In this document: in pieces, positions 45,084 to 53,665 of the stretch
Layout: each line of letters opens with the position of its first letter
Position numbering within the stretch: the first letter of the stretch is position 1
Source: a virus
Lineage: Duplodnaviria; Caudoviricetes
IMG/VR virus record: IMGVR_UViG_3300037424_001651
Coordinates: 1-64,000 of that record
DNA: 64,000 bases
Reading direction: 5' to 3' (one strand)
Translations under genes and position numbers: made by a program
The notes under the pieces: model-generated
Database searches by the model: none
Told to the model about the DNA's origin: nothing
What the model saw: only the letters and a program-made list of their open reading frames with translations

Positions 45084-45806
45084 ATGAACCGATTTGCATG
45101 GCTCGTCTTTTTGTCCGTGGTCTTTTACGGCTGCGGTGGTCCTACCCTCTACAAAACAGTTCGCTATTCTCGGTTGTCGGTGAACACCGTCATGCTTGGG
45201 ACGCAGGAGGCTGATAAGGTCAATGGCGAAGCGTTCACGGAGTCAAGCGATACCATCGCGAAGGCCGCATATGACGAGCATGTGCTTCCGGTCGCTACCG
45301 AAATGGGCCTCGAAGGCGAAGACGACGTGTGTTCGCTGGATGGGTTGACGATTACTGACGATGCCAAGGCTGAGCTTCAAGAAGCTTGCGACGCTGGGTT
45401 CGCACAATGGTGTACCGACATCAAGCCTATTTGGCACGACCACTGCTTACGTACGTGTATCATTCATACGGTGAAGGATGGTCTACGCGCAGTCGAGAAG
45501 ACGGTAAATGCGCTTCAGTACGTTCAAGAGAATTACTCGGCGGACTCCAAGTTCAAGCAACTCAAGGCAGACGACAAGCTCAAATGGACGGATTATGCTG
45601 GACAGGTCAAGAACTGGTTTGTGATGGCACTGGTCCAACTTGGGTCGCTTGTTCACCTTCTGCACGAGACTGGAATCCCCATTCCCGAAGCGCTCAACGT
45701 TATCACTGACATTTCGGGCGGTTTCGTGAACATGCCGAATAACTACGAGGAACCAGCGTGTGAATGTACGCCTTACCCCGAGAATTCGGGCTGCGAAGGA
45801 GACTGA
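45084..45806 (+). CDS. putative lipoprotein
   Basis: SD AAGGAGG; signal peptide with FYGC lipobox-like site. Confidence 0.7.
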   Translation: MNRFAWLVFLSVVFYGCGGPTLYKTVRYSRLSVNTVMLGTQEADKVNGEAFTESSDTIAKAAYDEHVLPVATEMGLEGEDDVCSLDGLTITDDAKAELQEACDAGFAQWCTDIKPIWHDHCLRTCIIHTVKDGLRAVEKTVNALQYVQENYSADSKFKQLKADDKLKWTDYAGQVKNWFVMALVQLGSLVHLLHETGIPIPEALNVITDISGGFVNMPNNYEEPACECTPYPENSGCEGD

Positions 45807-45935
45807 CATGGCACGACCGAAATTGTTCACTGATAGAGAACTCCTCCAGATGGGCGGCAAGCCCTTCCAAGCTCCGTCACCAGTCGGGCGATCCTACATC
45901 AAAACGCTGGAATCGGCTGTTTCGTAGGGGTTATC

Positions 45936-46169
45936 ATGGCTGATTCACCTGCTGCGGTTGAAGCGTATACTATCGAAGGCTACGACGATACGTCTCGTGC
46001 TGGTATTACAGTCGCGACTGTGGTGGGCATTGGCATGTTGACGCTGGCTTTAGGGACTGTGCTCTACTTCGGGTTGCGCCGCCCTCGTCAGGCTCGTGGA
46101 CGCTCTCCGTACCATCCTGCCACAACATGGGCTACTGAAGCCGTGCCGTATTACAGCGGGAGGGGATAG
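45936..46169 (+). CDS. small single-pass membrane protein
   Basis: TM followed by RRPR. Confidence 0.6.
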   Translation: MADSPAAVEAYTIEGYDDTSRAGITVATVVGIGMLTLALGTVLYFGLRRPRQARGRSPYHPATTWATEAVPYYSGRG

Positions 46170-47216
46170 ATGTACGAGCTTGCATGCCCTAGCTGTATGA
46201 TGTTTGGCGATTTGGGCGGAGGCGAGATCATGACGAAGACGCTCGTCCTTCGCGAGCTTCAAGTTGGCCTCGCTGATTGGGGTTTGGCTGATACTGGTAG
46301 TCCAGGTGTGTGGAGCGCTAAACTTGGTAGCGCACTCAAGAGCTATCAACAAGAACGGAAGTATCCGTATCTTACCACCAAGCCGGAATACTGGACGATC
46401 TATGACATTGTCGAGCCGCGTATTGGTGAGCCGACGTTCGACATTTGGTCCCGGATCTATCAGGAAGCGACAGGCAAGACACCGAATGCCGGTGTTTGGC
46501 AGGTTCAATTCGCGCTGCGCCAGTTGAAATTCAATCCTGGTCCTGTGGATGGCTTGTCAGGAACCCAGACGACGAACGCGATCAAGTTATGGCAGAAGAT
46601 GCACGCTTTCCCGCAAACCGGTGTGCTCTTACCGACGCAAGTATCTGTGTTGGGGGCCGAGGTCGCAGAGGAGAAGTTGCTTGGTACGCTGCTGGTCACA
46701 GCCGAAATCCCGTCTGATACCTTGATCGAGACGATTGATCCGGCTGTCTCGTTCGAGGATCCGCCTGAAGTTGTAGAAGCGATTATCGAAGCGCAGGCGG
46801 CGGGTGTTCCGATCACTGTGCGCGAAGATCGTGCAGTAACAGAACCAAAAGTTGTGGTTGAGCGTGAGCCGACTACGCAAAAGATCATTTCTGTGACGAA
46901 GCTCATTCCAGCTACACCTCCCAAGCCGGTGAATCCGTGGGTGTGGGTAGGCGTCAGCGCGGCTAGTGTTGTTGCTGTGGGTGGGATCATTGCATTGGTT
47001 GTGCGGGCTGTTGGAGCTTCGGCCGCAACCGCTGCGGTTGCGGGGCTGGGGGCGTACGAAGAAGACCCCCGTGACGCACATCTACGTCGGGTCGGGCGCA
47101 TGATGCGCGTAAAGGTTCGGCAACGTTCTGAACCGATGCTGTCCAAACGCGAGAAGCGCCAGCGTAAAGGTGGTCGAAAAGGCCGTCATGCGCAAGCATG
47201 GCGTGAGGAGCAGTAA
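46170..47216 (+). CDS. peptidoglycan-binding-domain protein with C-terminal TM
   Basis: VWQVQFAL..L.F.PGPVDG..G.QT..AIK.WQ PG_binding_1 pattern. Confidence 0.75.
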   Translation: MYELACPSCMMFGDLGGGEIMTKTLVLRELQVGLADWGLADTGSPGVWSAKLGSALKSYQQERKYPYLTTKPEYWTIYDIVEPRIGEPTFDIWSRIYQEATGKTPNAGVWQVQFALRQLKFNPGPVDGLSGTQTTNAIKLWQKMHAFPQTGVLLPTQVSVLGAEVAEEKLLGTLLVTAEIPSDTLIETIDPAVSFEDPPEVVEAIIEAQAAGVPITVREDRAVTEPKVVVEREPTTQKIISVTKLIPATPPKPVNPWVWVGVSAASVVAVGGIIALVVRAVGASAATAAVAGLGAYEEDPRDAHLRRVGRMMRVKVRQRSEPMLSKREKRQRKGGRKGRHAQAWREEQ

Positions 47217-47217
47217 G

Positions 47218-47454
47218 ATGCGCGGCAAATATAGAGCCATGGGTGTTGTAACGCCTGAGTGGGATAATCGCATGCTCAAGCGCCTAACTAATGCGATCAC
47301 GGAGACAGTCGCGGCCATGCAGGGCTTTCAGAAGCGAGCCATGCGTTCGTCTGTGTACGATGCGGAATATTTCGAGGCCGCTGAAAGCCTTCTTGATTTG
47401 CGGATGGTGCCAAGATGCTTGCAACGGCCGTCGAGGACAACGCAGAGGCTCTGA
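47218..47454 (+). CDS. hypothetical protein
   Basis: ATG after upstream TAA. Confidence 0.4.
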   Translation: MRGKYRAMGVVTPEWDNRMLKRLTNAITETVAAMQGFQKRAMRSSVYDAEYFEAAESLLDLRMVPRCLQRPSRTTQRL

Positions 47455-47471
47455 AGGCAGGGTAAGGACAA
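47455..47471 (-). repeat. dispersed intergenic motif, copy 6
   Basis: Reverse complement TTGTCCTTACCCTGCCT. Confidence 0.7.
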
Positions 47472-47508
47472 GAACTCAATGTGCAGGCAACAATAAGGAG
47501 GAATAGCA

Positions 47509-48285
47509 ATGTACAACGTGAACTTCTCAAATAGTCTTGGCGCAGTGGAGCCACTCGAACAAGGGCTGTGGGATAGCGTTCCTGGCGACGTTTATCAAGA
47601 CGGCAAGTTTATCGCCGAGACAAGCGACGAGAACTTCGAGTACATCGAGAAGATGTCTCCGCCCTTGAGCAAGGAAGCTGCCGAGGCCATGGTTGCGGAG
47701 CTGACGGCCACCTTGAATGCGCGTCGCGCGGGGCTGGCGGCGCGTGGCATCGACGTGACTGAGGCGAATGTGACGTACGCTTGTGACGATGCGGTGTGCG
47801 GCGTCAAGTGGTCGTACGTGGCCCCGGTTCGTGAGTGGATGGGTCGTCAGCAATTCACCACGCAAAGCGAGGCTGAAGCATATCTGAATACGACGCTTCA
47901 GATGCTGCAAGCCAATGGCTGGGAAGTCCTGAACTCGCGCGTGACCGATCTCGATACTCCCGGGTACTGGTGCGTCGTGCACACTGTGGACATGACGCCG
48001 CTCTACCTTCAGATGGCAGAGCCAGGCGAGGGTGAAACGCTTGCTCCGCCGATCATTACAGACCTGCCCGAGACAATCGTGATCCCAGCCGCTACGATGA
48101 GCCGTGGCAAGAAGATCGGCTTGGGCCTCGGTATCGCCGGTGCTGTGTTGCTTCTGGGTGGCATTGTGACGGCGGTTGTGGTGAAGAAGCGCAACGACGC
48201 TGACGACGCGCCGGTGCATGGCTACGGTCGATACGGGCGTGCGTCTATGCACGGCCACTACAGCAAGCCTCGCAGCCGTTACTAG
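47509..48285 (+). CDS. protein with C-terminal TM anchor
   Basis: SD AAGGAGG; GLGLGIAGAVLLLGGIVTAVVV. Confidence 0.7.
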   Translation: MYNVNFSNSLGAVEPLEQGLWDSVPGDVYQDGKFIAETSDENFEYIEKMSPPLSKEAAEAMVAELTATLNARRAGLAARGIDVTEANVTYACDDAVCGVKWSYVAPVREWMGRQQFTTQSEAEAYLNTTLQMLQANGWEVLNSRVTDLDTPGYWCVVHTVDMTPLYLQMAEPGEGETLAPPIITDLPETIVIPAATMSRGKKIGLGLGIAGAVLLLGGIVTAVVVKKRNDADDAPVHGYGRYGRASMHGHYSKPRSRY

Positions 48286-48304
48286 GCGCGAAGGAGATTT
48301 ACGG

Positions 48305-48577
48305 ATGAACCCACTGGTAATCGTGTTCCGGCTCGTGACGGGACTCACAGAACTTATCGTGCACGAACTCAGGGCGAATCAGGAAGAGGCTGCGGCAGCC
48401 AACGTCGAAGTTGCCATGGGCTTCGGCCTCAAGGTCTTCGAGCGCCTCACCAATGGTGAGCCGCTTGATGAGCTGCTGAACAAGCGCGCCCGGGATCTCA
48501 TGACCGAGGAGGACGAGTCCGAGGTCGCGGCCGACGAGGCTGTGAAACGCGCCAAGAACATGTTCGGGAGGAAGTAG
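48305..48577 (+). CDS. hypothetical protein
   Basis: SD AAGGAG. Confidence 0.65.
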   Translation: MNPLVIVFRLVTGLTELIVHELRANQEEAAAANVEVAMGFGLKVFERLTNGEPLDELLNKRARDLMTEEDESEVAADEAVKRAKNMFGRK

Positions 48578-48805
48578 ATGGCTAGCGTCAAAAAGATCCG
48601 TCAAGTTGCGGAAGCGTGGACACGTTACGAAGACTACCTTGCGCAGTTTATGGGTTGGTATGCGCTGGACCTGCTCGATGACGCCGAGCGTGATGGCCTG
48701 TCAGAGCGAGAAACAGCAGCCATCATTCGACAGATGCTGGAGGAATACATTCCATCAACCGTTGACGACGCTTCAAGCGAGTTCTGGCGACAAGCAGGGC
48801 TGTAG
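48578..48805 (+). CDS. acidic hypothetical protein
   Basis: TAG-ATG junction. Confidence 0.6.
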   Translation: MASVKKIRQVAEAWTRYEDYLAQFMGWYALDLLDDAERDGLSERETAAIIRQMLEEYIPSTVDDASSEFWRQAGL

Positions 48806-49078
48806 ATGACTGAGGAAGGCAAGACGCTTGGCATCGCGTTCGGGAGCATCGCGGTTTCCATTGCGCTTGTCGCGTTGGTCGTTGGTGCGCTGCACAAACC
48901 GTCGGGAGGGAATGGTGCTATGGGCGGGGCTGGGACGAAGCTGATCAATAGAGCACGAATGCTTCTCGCGTATATGTCGCCGCAGGACGCGGTACGTGAG
49001 CTTGTGTCGACCGGTGTCGACAAGACAGATGCGTATTTCGCAGTTAAGGCAGCAGGCGTTCTGCTTGAGGAGAAGTAG
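48806..49078 (+). CDS. N-terminal TM protein
   Basis: TM then GAMGGAG. Confidence 0.6.
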   Translation: MTEEGKTLGIAFGSIAVSIALVALVVGALHKPSGGNGAMGGAGTKLINRARMLLAYMSPQDAVRELVSTGVDKTDAYFAVKAAGVLLEEK

Positions 49079-49366
49079 ATGGCACGTAAGAAGACGCACA
49101 AGGACGTCGAGTTCGCCGTGGAGTTCGCAGGTCCGCGCGGCGGACAGGAAAAGATGCACCGCTCTTTCGAGGAAGCGGCTGGTACGGCGATTGCCATGGC
49201 AGCTTCGACCGGACAAGAAGTGTACCTCGACGTCTTGATCTACAGCAAGGCAGGTGCTCGTTGGTGGGGCGGCGATACTGCGGTGGAAATGTACGAAGAG
49301 GATCCCGAGGCGTCGATTTCGCAGCGCGTCATCGTGCGCGCTGAGGACGAAGGCCGCATCGCATAG
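49079..49366 (+). CDS. hypothetical protein
   Basis: SD GAGGAG. Confidence 0.65.
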   Translation: MARKKTHKDVEFAVEFAGPRGGQEKMHRSFEEAAGTAIAMAASTGQEVYLDVLIYSKAGARWWGGDTAVEMYEEDPEASISQRVIVRAEDEGRIA

Positions 49367-49375
49367 GGGGGTGTC

Positions 49376-49756
49376 GTGAGCTTCGGACGTAAATGGAAGA
49401 ACTGGGGCGGTTCCAGTGAGACTAAGCCGCGTGGGATGGGCGGCTTCGCCGACATTGGCAGCCGCATCGTGAGCGCAGGCAAGCTCTCCAAGGCACTCAA
49501 GGACGCGGGCCTCTGGCCGCGGACCTTCACAGCGAACGACCTCAAGAAGGGTACCCCTGCCGCAAAGGACGTAGGCCACGAGATCTTCGGTAGTAGGGCG
49601 ATGATCTTCATCCATGCACAAGACATGGAGCATCGTCAGGCTATCGAGCGGTTCCTTCGCCGGGAAGACTACAAGTACAACCGGCGTTACTGGCCCGGCG
49701 CACCGGTCGTTGAGGCGCAGGTGTCGTATTTCAAGGGATGGCACTGGGACGAGTAG
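49376..49756 (+). CDS. leader-tagged hypothetical protein
   Basis: Starts MSFGRKWKNWGG. Confidence 0.7.
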   Translation: MSFGRKWKNWGGSSETKPRGMGGFADIGSRIVSAGKLSKALKDAGLWPRTFTANDLKKGTPAAKDVGHEIFGSRAMIFIHAQDMEHRQAIERFLRREDYKYNRRYWPGAPVVEAQVSYFKGWHWDE

Positions 49757-49767
49757 GAGACAATCTG

Positions 49768-50235
49768 ATGTTCAACCTCACCAAAGCAGACAAGACGGTC
49801 ATCGCCGCTTTCCTCGACCAGCGCCCGGCCTCGTCGAAGAAGCTCATAACGGACGGACAACGTCTTGATGGGCTGTGGATGGGCGGCATGGGAATCGCCG
49901 AGTGGCGTGGTCGCCGAATCCTGTTCACGGATCTGGGAAGCAAGGCGGCGCAGATTGTGCAGCACGCAATCGAGAAGAAGGCTCCGCGCAACTGGCTCGG
50001 CGGCTTTGGGCAGGCGCGCGGGCCGGAGTTGGACCCAGAGCAGGAGCAGATGCTCCACGAGATCGTCCTCATGGCGCGCAACGACGGTCGCTACTATCCC
50101 AACCAGCCTGCGATCTCTGTCGAGCAGGCTATAAAGGAATATATCAAGATCAAAACTGGGGGGCTGCGTGAGGATGCGCAGATCATCCGCCGTGCTGCCG
50201 TACGCGAAGTGCAGCACGTATGGAGGCAGCGATGA
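49768..50235 (+). CDS. two-domain hypothetical protein (LGGFG linker)
   Basis: SD AGGAG. Confidence 0.7.
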   Translation: MFNLTKADKTVIAAFLDQRPASSKKLITDGQRLDGLWMGGMGIAEWRGRRILFTDLGSKAAQIVQHAIEKKAPRNWLGGFGQARGPELDPEQEQMLHEIVLMARNDGRYYPNQPAISVEQAIKEYIKIKTGGLREDAQIIRRAAVREVQHVWRQR

Positions 50236-51017
50236 AACGACGTAGTTATGGCAGCAGCGCTGCCGATCTCGAACTAGCACACGAGGCAGTGAAGAAGGCG
50301 CGCAACTTTGTGTGGGAAGGCCCGAGCGACGAGTCGGACCCGGACAAGTGGGCCTTCACAGTCTCGCGGCATCGCGATTCGGGCCTGCTCGACGAGTCCA
50401 ACTTCGCGACGATCAGTAAGGACATGGAAGCGCGCTTCCCCGATGACGTCGAGGTGGTGCATTCCAGCCACTGGGCTGTGGGCTGGATCGACGAGCTTGC
50501 CGTGCGCGTCTTCGACGAGCAGGGCGGCATCACCGACGCTTTCCATGCCATTGTGGACTGGAAAGACAAGCTCGAAGACTATCCTATCGCCGACGAGGAC
50601 GATTACAGCGAACGCGAACAGAATGCGCTCATCGAACATATCGCTTCACAGATCATGTTTTCAGGTTTTACCGTGGATGATCCCGAAGATTGGGCGTATC
50701 GCGTGGCGCAGTGGTTGTCAGAGAACGGCTACGACAACGAGCTTGAGAACATCGATGATCGCGGCGCATACCCAAGCGAGGAAGCCGTTCAGGAAGCACT
50801 GCGTGTGCTTACACAAGCGGTTGGGGCGCTGGGTGAGATGGTAATGTCTGAAACCGCGGACGATGGACTTCGATACTGGTCGGTATATGCCCAAAGGTGG
50901 GTTGAGGTATCACCGGGTGGTTGGATACCTGTTGAGGAGTTGGCAGCGATGTCACCGGCCGACCGGGCACAAGCTATCGATTGGATAGAAAGGACCAGAC
51001 AATGGCAAAAAAGATGA
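50232..51017 (+). CDS. acidic phage protein (HW..GW / YP..DE motifs) plus short C-terminal domain
   Basis: RDS.LL.ESNF...HWAVGWI...LEDYPIADEDDYSERE. Confidence 0.7.
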   Translation: MKRRSYGSSAADLELAHEAVKKARNFVWEGPSDESDPDKWAFTVSRHRDSGLLDESNFATISKDMEARFPDDVEVVHSSHWAVGWIDELAVRVFDEQGGITDAFHAIVDWKDKLEDYPIADEDDYSEREQNALIEHIASQIMFSGFTVDDPEDWAYRVAQWLSENGYDNELENIDDRGAYPSEEAVQEALRVLTQAVGALGEMVMSETADDGLRYWSVYAQRWVEVSPGGWIPVEELAAMSPADRAQAIDWIERTRQWQKR

Positions 51018-51343
51018 TCATCAGGGCGCGGAGCTTCGAGAAGTGGATGCAGGCGAACTTCACGCGGGGCGAGCTTCAGGATCTCGCGCGCTACGGCGCG
51101 AACACAGGCTGGCAGGGCTTGACCTATTACAACGACACGGTCGCGCTCTACGACAAGTTCAACGTTGAGATCTGGACCGCGCTCTACGAAGATGCCGAAT
51201 CCTTCGGCGCGAAGAACGCCATCGCATTCATCGCTGACTTTGGTGGTGCAGACAGCGTCTCCGACGACGACACGTTCAAAAACCTGCTCGTATGGTACAT
51301 GGCCGAGCGCACAGCACACGAACTGCTTGGAGATGATTACTAA
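51002..51343 (+). CDS. conserved acidic phage protein
   Basis: G..G..GL.YYNDT..LYD....EI...N.LVW...E. Confidence 0.7.
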   Translation: MAKKMIIRARSFEKWMQANFTRGELQDLARYGANTGWQGLTYYNDTVALYDKFNVEIWTALYEDAESFGAKNAIAFIADFGGADSVSDDDTFKNLLVWYMAERTAHELLGDDY

Positions 51344-52107
51344 TGGGTTTCTTCTCGTGGGACTGCAACGTCTGCGGCCATCCGATGCTTTCACCGGATG
51401 CGACGAACCGGACCAACCGGTGGATGGCGGACGTCGTAGTCATCGAGCCGAACGGTTCCATCTTGATGGGTGAATACGACGGCTACGGCCGCGTGAACGA
51501 CCGCGACGTCGATGGGGAACCCTGCTGTTACCACCACGCTTGCTGGGAAGTTGCAGGCAAGCCCACGAAGTACATCCCAAGTGAGTCCGCGCACGATCAG
51601 GGGTGGTTCTTCGACGACCCCAAGCACGACATGCCCGATCCCCGCAAGTCCCGCGGCATGCGCGGCTTCGGGGCCGTGGCACGAAAGATCAAGAAGCAGC
51701 TTCCTGATGAGGCCGAGTTCTACGCATACCTCTACAAGAAGAATAAGGGCATCTTCTATCGCGGGGAAGGTGCGGATGGTCATGGTGTTGGGATGGGTGC
51801 GCTGGGTGCAGGCTTGTACGTGACGTGGGAAAAGGCCATGGCGAAGGCTTTCGCTGACCGGCAGAATAGTCACGTGTTCAAGTACAAGCTCAAGCCCGGC
51901 TTGAAACTGCTCGACGCGCAGAGTCGTACGATGGCATGGCTCAAAGCGGAAATGGGTTTCCATCCGTGGGAGTACAGCGACGACCCCATGTACGCTTTGA
52001 TGCTCACAGACAAGGTCCGCAGTTTGGGCTACGACGGCGTGATCAGCGACAAGTTGGCAGATGGGCTTGTGATCTTCAACGCGAAAAACGCAAAGAAGGT
52101 GAAGTGA
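51343..52107 (+). CDS. Cys/His domain fused via MRGFG to an ADP-ribosyltransferase-like (ART-PolyVal-like) domain
   Basis: FYRG...LG.GLYVT...A..FA...YDGVI...LVIF. Confidence 0.6.
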   Translation: MGFFSWDCNVCGHPMLSPDATNRTNRWMADVVVIEPNGSILMGEYDGYGRVNDRDVDGEPCCYHHACWEVAGKPTKYIPSESAHDQGWFFDDPKHDMPDPRKSRGMRGFGAVARKIKKQLPDEAEFYAYLYKKNKGIFYRGEGADGHGVGMGALGAGLYVTWEKAMAKAFADRQNSHVFKYKLKPGLKLLDAQSRTMAWLKAEMGFHPWEYSDDPMYALMLTDKVRSLGYDGVISDKLADGLVIFNAKNAKKVK

Positions 52108-52970
52108 TGGGCTTCGGACGCAAATGGAAGAACTGGGGCGACGCGGCTTCCGACAGGCGCGCGGAAGTCGGACGCATCATCTTCGAGCAGTTCGGCGGCA
52201 GGCAGGCCATGGCCATGATCGGCGGTCAAGCCACGTTGCTGAACTTGCCGCACTACGGCGAAGGCGGCCTCGGCATCAAATGGCCGAACAAGCAGCGCTC
52301 CAAGGGAAACTACGTCGAGATCCTCTTGAGGCCCGACGATACGTACGACATGACCTTCTACAACCTGACGATCCGGGCCAAGAAGCCGGTCAAGAAGTTC
52401 GAGGGTGTGTACGCGGAAGACCTTCGACGGCTGTTCGAGGATCAGACGGGTTGGTACCTGTCGCTGGGTGGTGCAGGATTCGGTGCGCACAAGAAGAAGG
52501 GTGAGGCTAAAGCCCCCACGATATACCTGACCAAGAGCGGCTCGCACTGGCAAGTCATCGCGCACGGGCAGGCTATAGCCCAACACCGCAGTGAAGAGCA
52601 AGCGGCGCGTGCCTACTTGTGGTACGGCGGCGTCCCGCTTGAGCCTTGGGTCTACTTGGGTGGCATCACAGGGGAAGATCGTTTCATCCGCCGCTCTGAA
52701 CTCTACGCAGCAGGACTCCAAGGCTTGGGAGCACTTGCTCTAGGTCCGCATCTGACCGAGGCGCAGATTGCAGCAGTGCGAGAAGAAGTCATACGCGAAG
52801 GTGTGCCTGTGCGTTTCCTTCACGACGGACAGAACTTGAACATCGTGACTGGGGAGTTGCTCCCGCGTGGCACTAACGTCCTGCACCAAATGGTGTACTG
52901 GGGCTTCCCGCGGTCGACCTCGAAGAAGATCGCCAAGTGGCTCGGTGTCAAGGCCGTGTTCTCGGAGTGA
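52107..52970 (+). CDS. leader-tagged three-domain polyprotein
   Basis: MGFGRKWKNWG; I.EQFGG...M.G...DDTY.M.F...GVYAEDL...FE.QTG.YLSL; linkers GAGFG and LQGLG. Confidence 0.72.
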   Translation: MGFGRKWKNWGDAASDRRAEVGRIIFEQFGGRQAMAMIGGQATLLNLPHYGEGGLGIKWPNKQRSKGNYVEILLRPDDTYDMTFYNLTIRAKKPVKKFEGVYAEDLRRLFEDQTGWYLSLGGAGFGAHKKKGEAKAPTIYLTKSGSHWQVIAHGQAIAQHRSEEQAARAYLWYGGVPLEPWVYLGGITGEDRFIRRSELYAAGLQGLGALALGPHLTEAQIAAVREEVIREGVPVRFLHDGQNLNIVTGELLPRGTNVLHQMVYWGFPRSTSKKIAKWLGVKAVFSE

Positions 52971-52975
52971 AGCAC

Positions 52976-53365
52976 ATGAGCTTTGGACGCAAATGGAAGA
53001 ACTGGGGCGGCCTGCGTGGGACGTCATGTAGCGAAGCGGATGGGTGGCTCCCCGAAGCAGAGTGTAGGAAGTACCACCCCAAGTATTTCCGCTTCGAGTG
53101 GAACGCGGATCACACGTACTGTCGCCCGCACAGAGGCGATGCGTGGTGGGACGATGCCTCCTACATCGCGCATCAAACAGGTGTAGATGCGATGGCGATG
53201 GAGGATTGGTGGTTCCGCGAGGAGGCACGCCAGCACGAAGCCGCGCGACAAGAACAGCGCGAGACGCGTGAGGCGGGCTGGCGGCGTAGAGGCAGTGCGC
53301 TGCCGGGGCGCAAGCCACAAAAGTATCGCCGCAGGCGGATCGATGTGGATGACATCCCCTTTTAA
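52976..53365 (+). CDS. leader-tagged hypothetical protein
   Basis: Starts MSFGRKWKNWGG. Confidence 0.65.
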   Translation: MSFGRKWKNWGGLRGTSCSEADGWLPEAECRKYHPKYFRFEWNADHTYCRPHRGDAWWDDASYIAHQTGVDAMAMEDWWFREEARQHEAARQEQRETREAGWRRRGSALPGRKPQKYRRRRIDVDDIPF

Positions 53366-53374
53366 GGCGCGAAG

Positions 53375-53662
53375 ATGAGCTTTGGGCACAAATGGAAGAA
53401 CTGGGGCCACCTGCCCGAGAAAAAGATCCTTTGGGAGGAAGCTGCCTTCCGCATCACAACGGACGGTTCGGGTGCCTACAACATGGAGAAACTACGCGGC
53501 CGCCCCACTGACAATCTTCCTGTAGGGAGCATCGAGTATTTTCCTCCTGAGACGCCATTGGAAGTTGTCATCAAGGAAGCGCGGTTGCTTTGCCAAGCCC
53601 AGATTCAACGGCAACGATTGACACGCGTCTATCGCCGTGGTGGACGCGGACGCGGAAGGTGA
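53375..53662 (+). CDS. leader-tagged hypothetical protein
   Basis: Starts MSFGHKWKNWG. Confidence 0.65.
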   Translation: MSFGHKWKNWGHLPEKKILWEEAAFRITTDGSGAYNMEKLRGRPTDNLPVGSIEYFPPETPLEVVIKEARLLCQAQIQRQRLTRVYRRGGRGRGR

Positions 53663-53665
53663 ATC

